The notes under the pieces are model-generated. The model was given only the letters and a program-made list of their open reading frames with translations. It ran no database searches and had not been told where the DNA came from. Shown in pieces: positions 38,931-51,564 of a DNA stretch of 64,000 nucleotides. Position 1 is the first letter of the stretch, and every line of letters starts with the position of its first letter. The position numbers were made by a program, and so were the translations under genes. This DNA is from Octopus sinensis (Eukaryota), in assembly GCF_006345805.1 (NCBI RefSeq), contig NC_043012.1, positions 37,696,001 to 37,760,000 of the forward strand, in the 5' to 3' direction.

Positions 38931-39131
38931 TTAAAATTATTCCAACCACTTGAATTATTTCAAACATCCAGATTTTTTTTCAAATTTTCTAGTGATGAAA
39001 TTTTGCATGTTGGAAAAAAAGTGAATGTGATTTTCATCAACAGCATGCAAAATGACATCGCTGTAGAATTCTTCTTTTTTTTTTAACCTGGTAAAAATTT
39101 GAGATAATTCAAGTGGTTGGAAGAATTTTAA
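38931..39131. mobile_element. MITE-like element with 34-bp terminal inverted repeats
   Basis: TTAAAATTATTCCAACCACTTGAATTATTTCAAA versus TTTGAGATAATTCAAGTGGTTGGAAGAATTTTAA (2 mismatches). Confidence 0.85.
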
Positions 39132-40535
39132 AAAGCTCTGCAATTCACAAGTCAGTAGAAAAACCTAAAGACAGTAATGTGAATTGTAGTCACAACTACA
39201 ATTTGTAATTGAAGACAAACACATTAATACACAGACACATACATACAAGGTAACCTCTACATGGTGACATAACCTGTTGAAATAGCAGCCAAATCTCCCT
39301 GAAATCAAACCCTAACATTTTGAAAAAAAAAAGTACAGAACGTGATTTCACAAGAAGCAATGGCTAACATTTTGTAGTTAAATTAGTATCATGGTGACCT
39401 TAGAAAATAGTATATAGCAGTTGAATGTAGTGTAATTGATGACACCATTATCCAACAAGTGATAGACATGTCATTTGTGTGTCTCAGTTGGTTGTCTTCT
39501 GTCTCAAATTGATGTCTGAAAATTATGAAGTTCAATATTTTGGTCCCATCTACCTATACTAGTGACTTAGGGGAACATACCCCCAGTGTCTTAGGGGATA
39601 AGTTTCTACAGTTTGCTCAGCAGTAAACTATCTAGCTGAAATTCAACATGGTACAATGGACCCATTGAGAAATGTAACACCTGGTGACAATCAAAGATCA
39701 AATCAATTGAGACAGACATTTACGTAAGCATTATTTATTTATTTCACATTTCATTAAAAATAAAAGCTCCTAGTTCAGATCCAGCAAATGAGAGTCTATT
39801 TAGAAATAAGACACCTAATGGCAATCAGAGAATGGTGGAGCAGTGTACATATGCACTTTAAAAATTAGGTTAATATCCACAAAATCATTGTCTTAGTAAC
39901 CACATCTTGAAACATTAGACATTTAGCCATTTCAACCAATCATCATACAAACACTTAACAGAGTAAACCACCAATTTTTTAAATAACACTGACTCTATTC
40001 CTGAAGATACATATTTCCTAAGTAAGAGAATTCAGGACTTTTTTTTTTATTTCTATAGCACCAAGCCACTGTTCTATGATGGCCAAGAATAGTTTGGACA
40101 TCGGCTGTGAAAATCAAAGTATTGTACTTGTATATATTTAACCCCCTTTTTCTTTGGTTTGTCTTTTTGTTGTTATATTTCTGTTAAACTACGTTGCCTT
40201 TTATTTCAATTAATTTTGGACATAATGGAGAATCTAGTAAAATAATTTTGTCACTATTAAATAAGTGTTGGGAACATAAATTGACATGGAAACCTGAGGG
40301 AAGATTTTAAATTAAATCCCTTTAAACATTTAGCATTTAAACCTGCCATATCTAGCCAAAATATTTGAACTGTTTTATATTTTATATTCAAACTGACCAG
40401 ATGCAGCCTCTCACACCTATCCTACAATGTCATTCCAAAAACTAAACAAACAATCATATCATTGAAATCTCAAATCTCTGCATAATTAATTGAAAACAAT
40501 ATGAATAATTAAGCATTACATTTGACAGAGTAATC

Positions 40536-40730
40536 ACAATCATCATTTAATGTCTGTTTTCGATGCTGGCATGGGTTGGGTGGGTTTTGACAGGAAATGA
40601 CAAGACCAGGAGCTGCACTAGGTTCCATTGTCTGTTTGGGTGTGGTTTCTACAGCGAGATGCCCTTCCTAATGGCAACCACTTTACAGAGTCTGTTGGGT
40701 GCTTTTTACATGGCACCATCACCAGTGCTT
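40536..40730 (-). mobile_element. Family C SINE inserted in a MITE, with GTAATC target-site duplication
   Basis: GTAATC at 40530-40535 and 40731-40736. The MITE sequence resumes (TGAATGCTAAAG) after the second copy. Confidence 0.8.
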
Positions 40731-42557
40731 GTAATCTGAATGCTAAAGAAGTTTGTATCAGAGAAGCAGGAGCAGCCTCAGGCAAGTTAATATGAAGAGG
40801 GTTGATGATGAAGAAGGCTTGGCTGATGGTTTCAAAGTTAGGCATTCAGTTGGTCTACCTATTCAATAAATTAACATGTGACTGGTTGAGTGTTACATAG
40901 ACACACATTTTTATGAAATTCATAGAATATATTATCATAACTTAATAAAGTTACACACAACAGGACCTTTGTATAAGTAGCTTACAGTCAATTGACAGGC
41001 TTCTCGACAGTTTCTGACTAATCATTTGATGTGATTGTTTGTTTTTAAAATGACATTGTAGGATAAGTGTGAAGGACCAAATCTGGAAGAACTTAAACAT
41101 AAAACAGAATATTTTAGCCAAATATGGCTGGTTTGAAAGCTAAATGGTTATATGGTAAAGGACCATGGAAAACCCTTATTTGCTTTGTGTCAAACTGACA
41201 AAGAATTAATTCACATTTCCAAAAACTCATTATGTCATGCTGACAGAAAACATCTTCACTATCCCTTCTCAGCCTATATTTACCTCAGCCTTAGCAAAGG
41301 CAGGGGTGTTCTTTTCATGTTTGTTTGTTTGTCCGTGGACAAGAAATCTCAAGAACTGCAGGATGGATTTAGATGAAGCTTTCAGGGATGTTTGGCCTTG
41401 TGACTGACATGAACTGCTTACATTTTGGGATTGATCCAGTAACAGACAAGGATTCTGGATTATTTTTCCTGTTTTTTTACTTAATTTTTTAGAGCGGTCA
41501 GGCTCATTTTTAGCATTCTTGATTGTGAGAGTAGTTGAGTTTATTTCAGATCTTCTCATTTTAAAAATCATCTCCCGCTAATTGTTAGGAGGACGTTGGT
41601 GTTGCCCTGGTGGAGGTTTGCACTCTCTGAGTGTTCTTGCTCTACTTGTTTTTCTTTCTTTTTTATTTTGCAGAATTTTAAGATGTGCACTCTCTCCTTT
41701 ACATAAACTGATGTTCACATCAAGGAATAATTTCAAATGTAAGATATACTTTATCACAGCAAAGCTGAAATTGTAGTTTATTAAGAAAGGTATATAAACT
41801 TACATTTCAAAGTATGCATGAGGGTAGGTGAGGATGAGATGGGCAGAAAGAATGTGTACAGAGAGAAAACCACAAGCACCAACATTACATTAGATACATA
41901 TATATATTTATGTATGTATACCTACCTATGTATATACAAACCAACATCATTAAAAAAAAAGCATATATTATTCTAAGCTGAAGCTACAAGTGTCATTTTA
42001 CAAATATTTATCTAAGAAACTACATTTCCACACACTGAATGAAAGGAATTAGAAGTGATTATTTTGAACTGAAGGGGAAAAAAAGCAAGGAGAGGGGAGA
42101 TATGGCTGTGTGTGTGTGCGCGTGTGTGCGTGTGTGTGTGAGTGCATGTGTGCGTGTGCGTGTGTGTGTGTGTGTGTGACAGGCATGACATTATTTTAGT
42201 ATTTGACACTTCCCTTTTTCTCTCCAACATAACCACCCCCAAATGAGGTGATGAGATTATACACACACACACACACATGTATGTACATACATATCATTCA
42301 TTGCTCATCTCTCAATCATTCTCCTCTGACAGGGTGCTATGCCTGTGCTATGCCAATCAGTACAACTAGGTAAGACCTATTTATCTGTTTGTTGTCAGAT
42401 CCTCTTTTCACCTCTCCACCCTGCCCTTTCTCATTCTTAGCACCCACCTTGAGGCATACACACATACGGGGGGGGGGACCTCATCATATCAGTTGTATCT
42501 AGCTATACTTCCCACTCGTTGACTGCTATCTCAACATTCATCAATTGCTCTCATTAA

Positions 42558-43003
42558 TTAACCCTTTAGCTCCTTCAGATTAATCAGTCAAATGCAATTC
42601 TTATTTATTGATGCTGTTTTGAATTAATCATGCATAATCTCATAGCTTTGAGGTTTCAATTATGGGAGTGTTTACTTTTAGCAGGGCATTGTAGTGTAGG
42701 TGTGAGACACTGTATTTGGTCAGTTTGAACACAAAACACACTATTTTGACCCAATATAGCCAGTTTAACTCTTTTGTTACCAACCCAATTGAAACCAGCT
42801 CTGTAGTACAAATGTCTTATTTTCAAAAGCTTTGAATTAAAATCTTCCACCAAACCTTAGTCACAATAAATGTTCCTAACACTAACTTAACGATAACTAA
42901 TTTATTTTTACTAAATTCTTTGTTATATTTAAAATAATTAAAAGAAACATAGAGCATCTCAAAATAAATACGCTAATGAAAGGGTTAAATGATAATGAGT
43001 TAA
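42558..43003 (-). mobile_element. MITE family 2 containing a nested MITE family 1 (42765-42988)
   Basis: Inner element is flanked by TTAA on both sides; the outer element ends ATGATAATGAGTTAA after the insert. Confidence 0.8.
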
Positions 43004-43412
43004 ACCACCTTTTGCTATCCATTACTATCTCATTTCCTACCACCCTCTCTAGTTCTGGTAAAGTAGTTGGTGTTAGGAAGGGCATCCAAAACTCAAACCA
43101 TAAACAACAACTTCTAAAAGAGATGTGATCTTCCAATCCGTTTGAGAAAACAGCAACAACCTTCCAACCAGCATGGAAAACAGATGTAAAAACGAGAAAG
43201 CTAAAAGTTGGAATGGTGGAAAATATTTGGGGGGATTGTGTATGTATGTGTTTATAAACAATTGAAGAAGTATTAAAATTGCCATCTAGGCCAAAGGGCA
43301 TTAGGCATTCTTGCTAACCACTACTGGGGTGATCTTCATTTTCTGCTATGTAAACATGTTTTTAAACACAGCACATCTGAGATGTTATCTCAGATGAATA
43401 CCACATTAGACA

Positions 43413-43416
<4 letters not shown>

Positions 43417-43496
<80 letters not shown>

Positions 43497-43585
43497 TATA
43501 TATATATAAATATATATATATATAAATATATATATATATAAATATATATATAAATTTATATATATATAAATATATATATATATAA

Positions 43586-43681
<96 letters not shown>

Positions 43682-43682
43682 G
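43417..43682. repeat. Long interrupted (TA)n microsatellite
   Basis: Direct reading. Confidence 0.97.
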
Positions 43683-43877
43683 TGTCAAGGGTAACTCTGG
43701 GGTAGTTATGCTAGAGCAGGCAATTTTAAAAGAGCAAAACCAGAAAATTGAAATAAGGGACATATGGCATGCATGCACTCCCTTCCAGCTGTCTCTCATC
43801 AGAATGAAATGTTTATATCAAAATCAAAATTTGTTAATTGCATTCATGCAGGAAGCACTAGTAATATTTATAAATAA

Positions 43878-43924
<47 letters not shown>

Positions 43925-46131
43925 ATACATATACATATACATATATACATATACATATACATATATATACATATATATATATACACATGTGTATGTGTGT
44001 GAATATAGACATACACACTCGCACACATACAATACTACAATAAGAGAGTGTATAGGAGAGAGGTCCTGTACTAGAAGACCCAGCAGAGGATCCGTCAAGT
44101 GAAGCTGACAGTTATACAATTACAATGGCGATGATGTGTAATGCATAGAGAAAGCAGCCAGAGAACCATTAAGAATAGATGCTGAGATGTTGATGATATC
44201 CTTTAAAGGTACACTTGTAGTCACTTCGAGAGACAATCAAGCAGTGTATAGAAAGAGGTTAATTTTGATCACTGGTGTCAAAGTCTCACTCAACTGTTAC
44301 ATGTCGAGGGATAGGAGGCACAAGCACTTTCACACACACACATAATACTTGACAGAACTTTCACCCACAAAATTCACTCACAAGGTTTTGGTCACCCCAA
44401 GAGTATAGCAGAAGACGGTTGTCCTGGGTGCTGTACAATGGGACTAACCCACAACTATGAGATTAGGAAATAAGCTTGTTAACCACACAGCTCTGCCTGC
44501 ACCTTATGATGACGATGATGACGATGATGATGATGATGACGATGATGATATGTAATATATATGCACATGCACATTTTAGATCAATATAATATGTCCACCC
44601 AAGATGTGGTCCTCCGACATGTCTACAAGGTCAATCACTTTAAAACTGGGCCACAGTGTTTAAAACCCAATCAATCCGTGCCAGTACAGAAAGTAGATGA
44701 AAGACGATAATGATGATGGCCATAAGTACACACACACACAGAATCATCCAAAGACACGGGGGGGGGGGATTATATGGTCAGATTCCAGGATATTGTGCCT
44801 CAGAAACAAGATGACACACACTTTTGGTATAAAGAAGGACAAAAGAGGTCAACAATACAGAATTGTTAACATGCCAGACAAATTGCTAAGTAGCTTTTCT
44901 TCTGGTTTTTTATGTTGAGTTCAAATTCCACTGATGGTAGTGGGGGGGGGGGGTAGTACTTTGCCATTCGCCTCTTAAAGGATTCATTTAAAATATGTAC
45001 CAGTTGAATACTGGAGGTGATGTAATCAACTAGCTCCCTACCCGCCAAAATTTCAGGCCTTGTGCCCATATTGGAGGGAATTATCATTAGACTCAACCAG
45101 CCAATGTGAGCAGGAAGTAAAAAAGAAACAGTTATTAAAACAATGACCACGATAATGATGATGATATAAAACACTAACTTTGAATATGTCAGAATTTTAA
45201 AACTTCAAAGGACACTTGCTAAAGAATCAGATGGTACCTCTTAGCATTAAGTGAATGAGGAATGGTTGGTTCTCTGGCTGAAAACAATGCCAGTGTAATT
45301 TTCTAGTAACATGTGTCAGGTACCAATTCCGTATGATTAGCTAACGGAACTCAAATGAACACAATTAATTATATGACCTAAATATTCAGCCAAAATATTC
45401 TACACACTTAAGAGTAAACCTCATTATGGTTGATTTGCTAGAGATAGCAGTCAAATGTCAAAATAGGACACACAACTTAGTAGGATCCTAGGTGCTTTGT
45501 TAGTCTGAGAAAAAGACGAGATGGTCACAACTGGAACGCCTTTGATCATAGGTATGACCAATTAGAGTTGACCCGGAACTAAAAAACAGGAAAAAAAATT
45601 GCTGCCTTTGGAGAATTTGAACTGAAGACCATGAGATGATGGTCCAATAATTTATCTATCTATCCACGTGACTACCACAGCAGTGCACTTAATATTCTTT
45701 CTAAATTTGGCACAAAGCCAGCAATTTTGAAGAAAGGGGCCAATCAATTTATATTGACTCCAGTGCTCAACTGGTATTTATTTTAACAATCCTGAAAGGA
45801 TGAAAGGCAAAGCTGACCTCAAGAGAATTACAACTCAGAACATAAAGAGCCATGCTGCATTTGATAATCAACAAAGTAGTGGAAAAAACAATGGTTAGTT
45901 TATAAACTGCAGGTTCGGATGCAACAATTGTCAGCTTCTCAAAGTGTTCAGAGAAATTTCATTTATCAATTTCTACATAGAATGCTGCGTGCTAGTCAAC
46001 TGGGAAAAGATATATATATATAATGTATGTATACACTTATATACATACATATATACACACATACATATATATATACAAACATACATATTATACACACACA
46101 TACATATTATATACACACATACATATTATAT

Positions 46132-46183
<52 letters not shown>

Positions 46184-46226
46184 CATCATCATCATCATCA
46201 TCGGAAAGCGGACGTTAAACGATGAT

Positions 46227-46856
46227 GATGATGATGATGATGATGATATATATATACATGTATTAAATATACATATATATATATACATGTATAAAATACA
46301 TATATATATATATACATGTATAAATATACATATATATATAATACATATATATATATACATATATATAATATACATATATAAATATACATATATATATATA
46401 TACATATATAAATATATACATGTATAAATATACATATATATATATATACATATAAATATACATGTATAAATATACATATATATATATACATGTATAAATA
46501 TACATATATATATATATATACATATATAAATATACATATATATATACATATATAAATATACATATATATATATATACATATATAAATATACATATATATA
46601 TATACATATATAAATATACATATATATATATATAACATATATATATACATATATATATAAATATACATATATATATACATATATATATATATATACATAT
46701 ATATATACATATAATATAAATATACATATATATATACATATATATATAAATATACATATATATACATATATATATAAATATACATATATATATACATATA
46801 TATATAAATATACATATATATATATACATATATATATATCATATATATAAATATAC

Positions 46857-46887
<31 letters not shown>

Positions 46888-47071
46888 TATATATATATAC
46901 ACATATATATATACATAATATATATATAAATATTATACATATATATATACATATATATATAAATATACATACAAATATACATACATATAAATATACATAT
47001 ATATATACATATATATATAAATATACATATATATATACATATATATATAAATATACATATATATATACATA
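46227..47071. repeat. ~845-bp TA-derived minisatellite (TATATATACATATATAAATATACA-like units)
   Basis: Direct reading. All long Tyr/Ile-rich ORFs here are artefacts. Confidence 0.97.
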
Positions 47072-47072
47072 T

Positions 47073-47882
47073 GATTGATTGATTGATTGATTGATTCTAG
47101 TTTCAGCTTATGAGCTGTGGCCATGCTGGGGCACCGCCATTTGGTGTTGCTGCTTGGTTTCCCTTCATGGAGGCTTTCTAGCAACTGCTATTTGGTGCAT
47201 GAGAGAGTTCGATGCAGCTGCCCTCATCTGCCCCTCCTGCCGTGAAGTTGGTTCATCTGGGACACCTGACAGGAAGAGATCCAGCTCCATTTTAAGACAT
47301 CTGTATCCACCCCATGCAGGTCTCTCAGGTTCTTCGGGAGGATATTGAAGAGCTGGGCTTCGGAAGCCCAGGCTATCACAGAATCTTGTCCTTCATCTTG
47401 ATGGCAAGTTTGGAGTCCTAGGCACCACGCAGTGGCGCCCAGTTCTGGCATTTGCGTAACTCTCGATGCCAAAGTTCAGGACACTTCCCTCCAGGATCTT
47501 CCAGATGTATATTATGGCATATCTTTCCCGCCTACGCTCCAGGGAATATAATTTTAATCTCTTGAGTCTTTCCCAGTAGCTTACATTCTGCATAGAGGCT
47601 ATCTTGTTGGAGGTGGCCTTATCCTGCATCTGTTGGAGGTGGCCTTATGTGGTGGTAGTTCCAGCTTTGTGCTTGTAGCCAGGTCAGCGGCGGAACAATT
47701 TTTTGTGCCATGCACAAAAAAGATTGCTGTTCAGCTGCCGCCCTTCTCACATCTGGGTGAAGCTGGCCACCTGTTGGGTTTCCGCACACCACATCTGCAT
47801 ACCGTCTTTCAGTAGTGGTCAGTGCGCTTTTTTCCCTTCTTTTAACTTTTTCTTTTTGTTTTGTTCTCCCTGAGGGAGGGAC
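47073..47882 (-). mobile_element. Second copy of the CR1-group LINE: 3' end (47073-47605) fused to a different upstream segment (47606-47882)
   Basis: 47073-47605 is the reverse complement of ~49804-50336 with a few substitutions and small indels, and has an (AATC)n tail. The match stops abruptly at 47605. Confidence 0.9.
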
Positions 47883-47982
47883 NNNNNNNNNNNNNNNNNN
47901 NNNNNNNNNNNNNNNNNNNNNNNNNNNNNNNNNNNNNNNNNNNNNNNNNNNNNNNNNNNNNNNNNNNNNNNNNNNNNNNNNN
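47883..47982. other. Assembly gap (100 N)
   Basis: Run of N. Confidence 1.
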
Positions 47983-50247
47983 AAAGAGAGCACGCATGCA
48001 GCCTACAAGAAACCCTCAAAATCTTTCCAGCTTGAACTACCATAAGGCAAACTGGAAACAAATTGAGAAAAGATCCTCAAACAAAACTGGCCAAATGTCT
48101 CTCCTCGCCAGACATCGACGTGAAACTTCAACATTCATGTCTGTAATGCAAGCCATATGCTATAAATGTGTCCCAGAGAGAAAGGCCACTGTACACAAGA
48201 ACAAAATCCCCAGAGAGAGGAAAATTTTAATGAGACGGCGTACGAAATTTTCAAATCGCCTAAACAAACAGATTGAAAGCAGTGAAAAGTCCCGCCTAAA
48301 AAAAAAACTGTTGGAAATCGAAAAATGTCTGCAACTCTCCCATGAAAAAGAAAGAGCAGACAAAGAAGCCTGGGCTATAGAAAACATAAAATCTACCCCA
48401 GAGCTTTCTACAGGTATGCCAAAGAAACAGCTACAGGGCACTGTAGAATAGGGCCACTCCTCGAAAAGGATGGCACACTTACAGGAAAACCAATGAGGGT
48501 AAGTGAAATACTGAATGAGCAATCAAGAGTGTTTTCACTCCACCCCTGGGCATCTCCAAATCACCAATCCAACTGACTTTTTTACACACTGCAGATATAA
48601 AATCAGAGGCGGCGACGATAGATTACATCGATATAAAGGAAGGCGATGTAACCAAGGCTATAGATGAAATGAAAACAGACTCAGCTTACTGGCCCCGATG
48701 GATTCCCGGCAATCCTCCTAAAAGCATGTAAGAGAGTCCTAGCAAGACCACTGCAGTTCCTCTTTCAGAGCTTCCTTGCAGCTGGCAAACTTCCAGGAAA
48801 CTGAAGGAAGGTAAAAATATGCCCCATTCATAAAGGAGGTAGCAGAGCGGAAGCCAAGAACTATAGACCTATCTCTCTGACCTCACACATCAGCAAGGTC
48901 ATGGAACGAATAGTCAGAAGGAAGCTGATCACCTTCCTTGAAGAGAACGACTTGCTGCCCGACACCCAACATGGTTTCCGACCAGGGAGAAGCTGGTTTA
49001 ACTCAGCTCCTACAACACTATGACTGGGTGCTGAAACGGCTGCTCAACCACTCAAATGTGGAAGTGATATATCTCGACTTTGCAAAGGCCTTTGATAAAG
49101 TCGATCATGGAATGATATGTCACAAACTGCGTGATCTCAACATAGTTGGAAAACTGGGAGAATGGCTTCATGACTTTCTGAAGGATAGAAGTCAGGTGGT
49201 AGTAGCCATGGGGCCACCTCCATTAACACACAAATAGTGAGCGGTGTTCCGCAGGGCACTGTTCTGGGACCACTACTGTTCATAATGGCCCTCTCAGACA
49301 TGCCCTCAGCCACGCAGAGAGCCACGATCACAAGTTATGCAGATGATACAAAAGTTTCACAGGCAATACAGAACCCTGAGGACACTAAACACCTGCAATG
49401 TGAGCTGGACGAAATGTACAAGTGGGCTGAAAAGAATAGCATGCAGTTCAATGCTGGAAAGTTTCAAGCTTTATACTATCAGCATGCAAAACTGAATGCA
49501 ATACCCAATGAATACACTGGACCCGGAGGGATTGCAATCCAAGAGGCACATTCAGTGCGTGACCTAGGTATTCACATGAGTGATGACGCGACCTTTCATG
49601 TACATGTTGCTAAACTGACAATGAAATGTAGACGGCTGGCTGGATGGATTCTTAGAACCTTTAGAACAAGAGAACAAGAAACCATGATGGTCCTCTGGAA
49701 GACACTTGTCCTAAGCCACTTTGACTATTGCTCTCAGCTATGGTCACCATCCAGTGTCAAGTTGATCACAGAACTTGAGGCGATCCAACGAAGCTACACA
49801 AAGAAGATAGCCTCTATGCAGAATGTAAGCTACTGGGAAAGACTCAAGAGATTAAAATTATATTCCCTGGAGCGTAGGCGGGAAAGATATGCCATAATAT
49901 ACATCTGGAAGATCCTGGAGGGAAGTGTCCTGAACTTTGGCATCGAGAGTTACGCAAATGCCAGAACTGGGCGCCACTGCGTGGTGCGTAGGACTCCAAA
50001 CCTGCCATCAAGATGTAGGACAAGATTCTGTGATAGCCTGGGCTTCCGAGGCCCACAGCTCTTCAATATCCTCCCGAAGAACCTGAGAGACCTGCATGGG
50101 GTGGATACAGATGTCTTTAAAATGAAGCTGGATCTCTTCCTGTCAGGTGTCCCAGATGAACCAACTTCACGGCAGGAGGGGCAGATGAGGGCAGCTGCAT
50201 CGAACTCTCTCATGCACCAAATAGCAGTTGCTAGAAAGCCTCCATGA
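47983..50247 (+). pseudogene. Frameshifted LINE ORF2 (reverse transcriptase); longest open piece 49237-50247
   Basis: ORF fragments 47861-48451, 48938-49237 and 49237-50247 are collinear but in different frames. Confidence 0.92.
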
Positions 50248-50335
50248 AGTGAAACCAAGTAGCAACACCAAATGGCAGTGCCCCAGCATGGCCACAGCTC
50301 ATAAGCTGAAACTGGAATCAATCAATCAATCAATC

Positions 50336-50336
<1 letters not shown>
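47983..50336 (+). mobile_element. CR1-group (CR1/L2/Crack-like) non-LTR retrotransposon, ORF2 region to 3' end
   Basis: Motifs GPDGFP, NYRPISLTSHISKVMERI, QHGFR, YLDFAKAFDKVDH, SGVPQGTVLGPLLF, YADDTK and LYSLERRRERY; short 3' UTR and (AATC)5 tail. Confidence 0.95.
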
Positions 50337-50380
<44 letters not shown>

Positions 50381-50871
50381 CATATACATATATATACATA
50401 TATATATATTATTATTACTATTTTCAGCTTCGCCTCGTATTGCATATTATTTCTCCATACAGGGGTTTTTTTTCAATGGCGGCCCATTTTCGCGGGGTTC
50501 CACTATTCCCTTCTCTCTCTCCCTCTTTTACGTTGTCTGCCATCCCCCCTCTTCCTTTCCCCCTTTCCAAAGAGCATTTTTAAGCCAGCCCGTCAGTTCA
50601 ACCATCGCATATTCCCGGTGCACCCGCCCTTGCCCACCCCCACCACCAATACCGGATATCTCTATATTTTTGCTCCATCTATACCGGATGTCACTTCTCC
50701 CACCACCATTATAGGTGTCTACTCTTCGAACCCCCCTCTTCAACACGCTATTTCACCATGCATTACCCCTCTCTTGATATCCTACGTTCTACTTGCCTAG
50801 AACCTGTCATCATTTCTCTGAACCACCCCTCCCCACTGGTGCTCCCCTATATATTTCTGCACCCCCCCCCC

Positions 50872-51109
50872 ACATAAAAAGCACCATCCGAACGTGGCCG
50901 ATGCCAGACCCCTCTGGCACCTGTGCAGGTGGCACGTAAAAAACACCCACTACACTCGCGGAGTGGTTGGCGTTAGGAAGGGCATCCAGCTGTAGAAACA
51001 CTGCCAGACTAGACTGGAGCCTGGGGCAGTCCCTAGCTCCCCAGACCCCGGTCGAAACCGTCCAACCCGTGCTAGCGCGGAAAACGGACGTTAAACGATG
51101 ATGATGATG

Positions 51110-51110
<1 letters not shown>
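50872..51110 (+). mobile_element. Family C SINE, CpG-rich (young-looking)
   Basis: One ~65-bp unit, the core, and GGACGTTAAAC(GAT)n; retains many CpGs. Confidence 0.9.
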
Positions 51111-51162
<52 letters not shown>

Positions 51163-51174
51163 CATTCAATTAAT

Positions 51175-51464
51175 TTGCTACACCAAAGACTTGTATCACA
51201 ATATGAAAGGTTTCAGAAAGAACATTTGGTATTATTTATAATGGTAGGTAAACCGAGTATCATTGGGAAAGTATGTTTGTAAATCTTCATAATCAAATAG
51301 GCGTACAGGCTATTATTAAACTCCAAAAAATAATACGCCTATTTGATTATGAAGATTTACAAACATACTTTCCCAATGATACTCGGTTTACCTACCATTA
51401 TAAATAATACCAAATGTTCTTTCTGAAACCTTTCATATTGTGATACAAGTCTTTGGTGTAGCAA
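51175..51464. repeat. Perfect foldback palindrome (131-bp arms, 28-nt spacer)
   Basis: 51175-51305 versus 51334-51464; no mismatch seen on manual comparison. Confidence 0.96.
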
Positions 51465-51469
51465 TTGCA

Positions 51470-51564
51470 TGCGACTGAAGAGGGCTTTTAAACTATCTGT
51501 TATGTCGATTATGCATTGACGTAAGAATAAGTTGTTTTATAAAGCTCGAAACATATGTACCGCG
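51470..51564 (+). ncRNA. Minimal type I hammerhead ribozyme-like motif with long stem II
   Basis: UGCGA / CUGAAGA (51475-51481) / GGGCUUU...AAAGCUC / GAAA / C-AUAU-G / UA / CCGCG. Stem III ACAUAUGU is palindromic and the cleavage triplet is GUA. Confidence 0.65.

Noticed and set aside
44040-44330. Unique-looking patch as a possible exon
   Set aside because: All six frames are interrupted within about 40 codons, and there is no convincing splice-site pair.
46023-47184. Long Tyr/Ile-rich ORFs (up to 264 aa), and similar ORFs at 14.8, 17.5, 19.1, 43.9, 53.0 and 59.4 kb
   Set aside because: They are translations of (TA)n-derived repeats that happen to lack stops.
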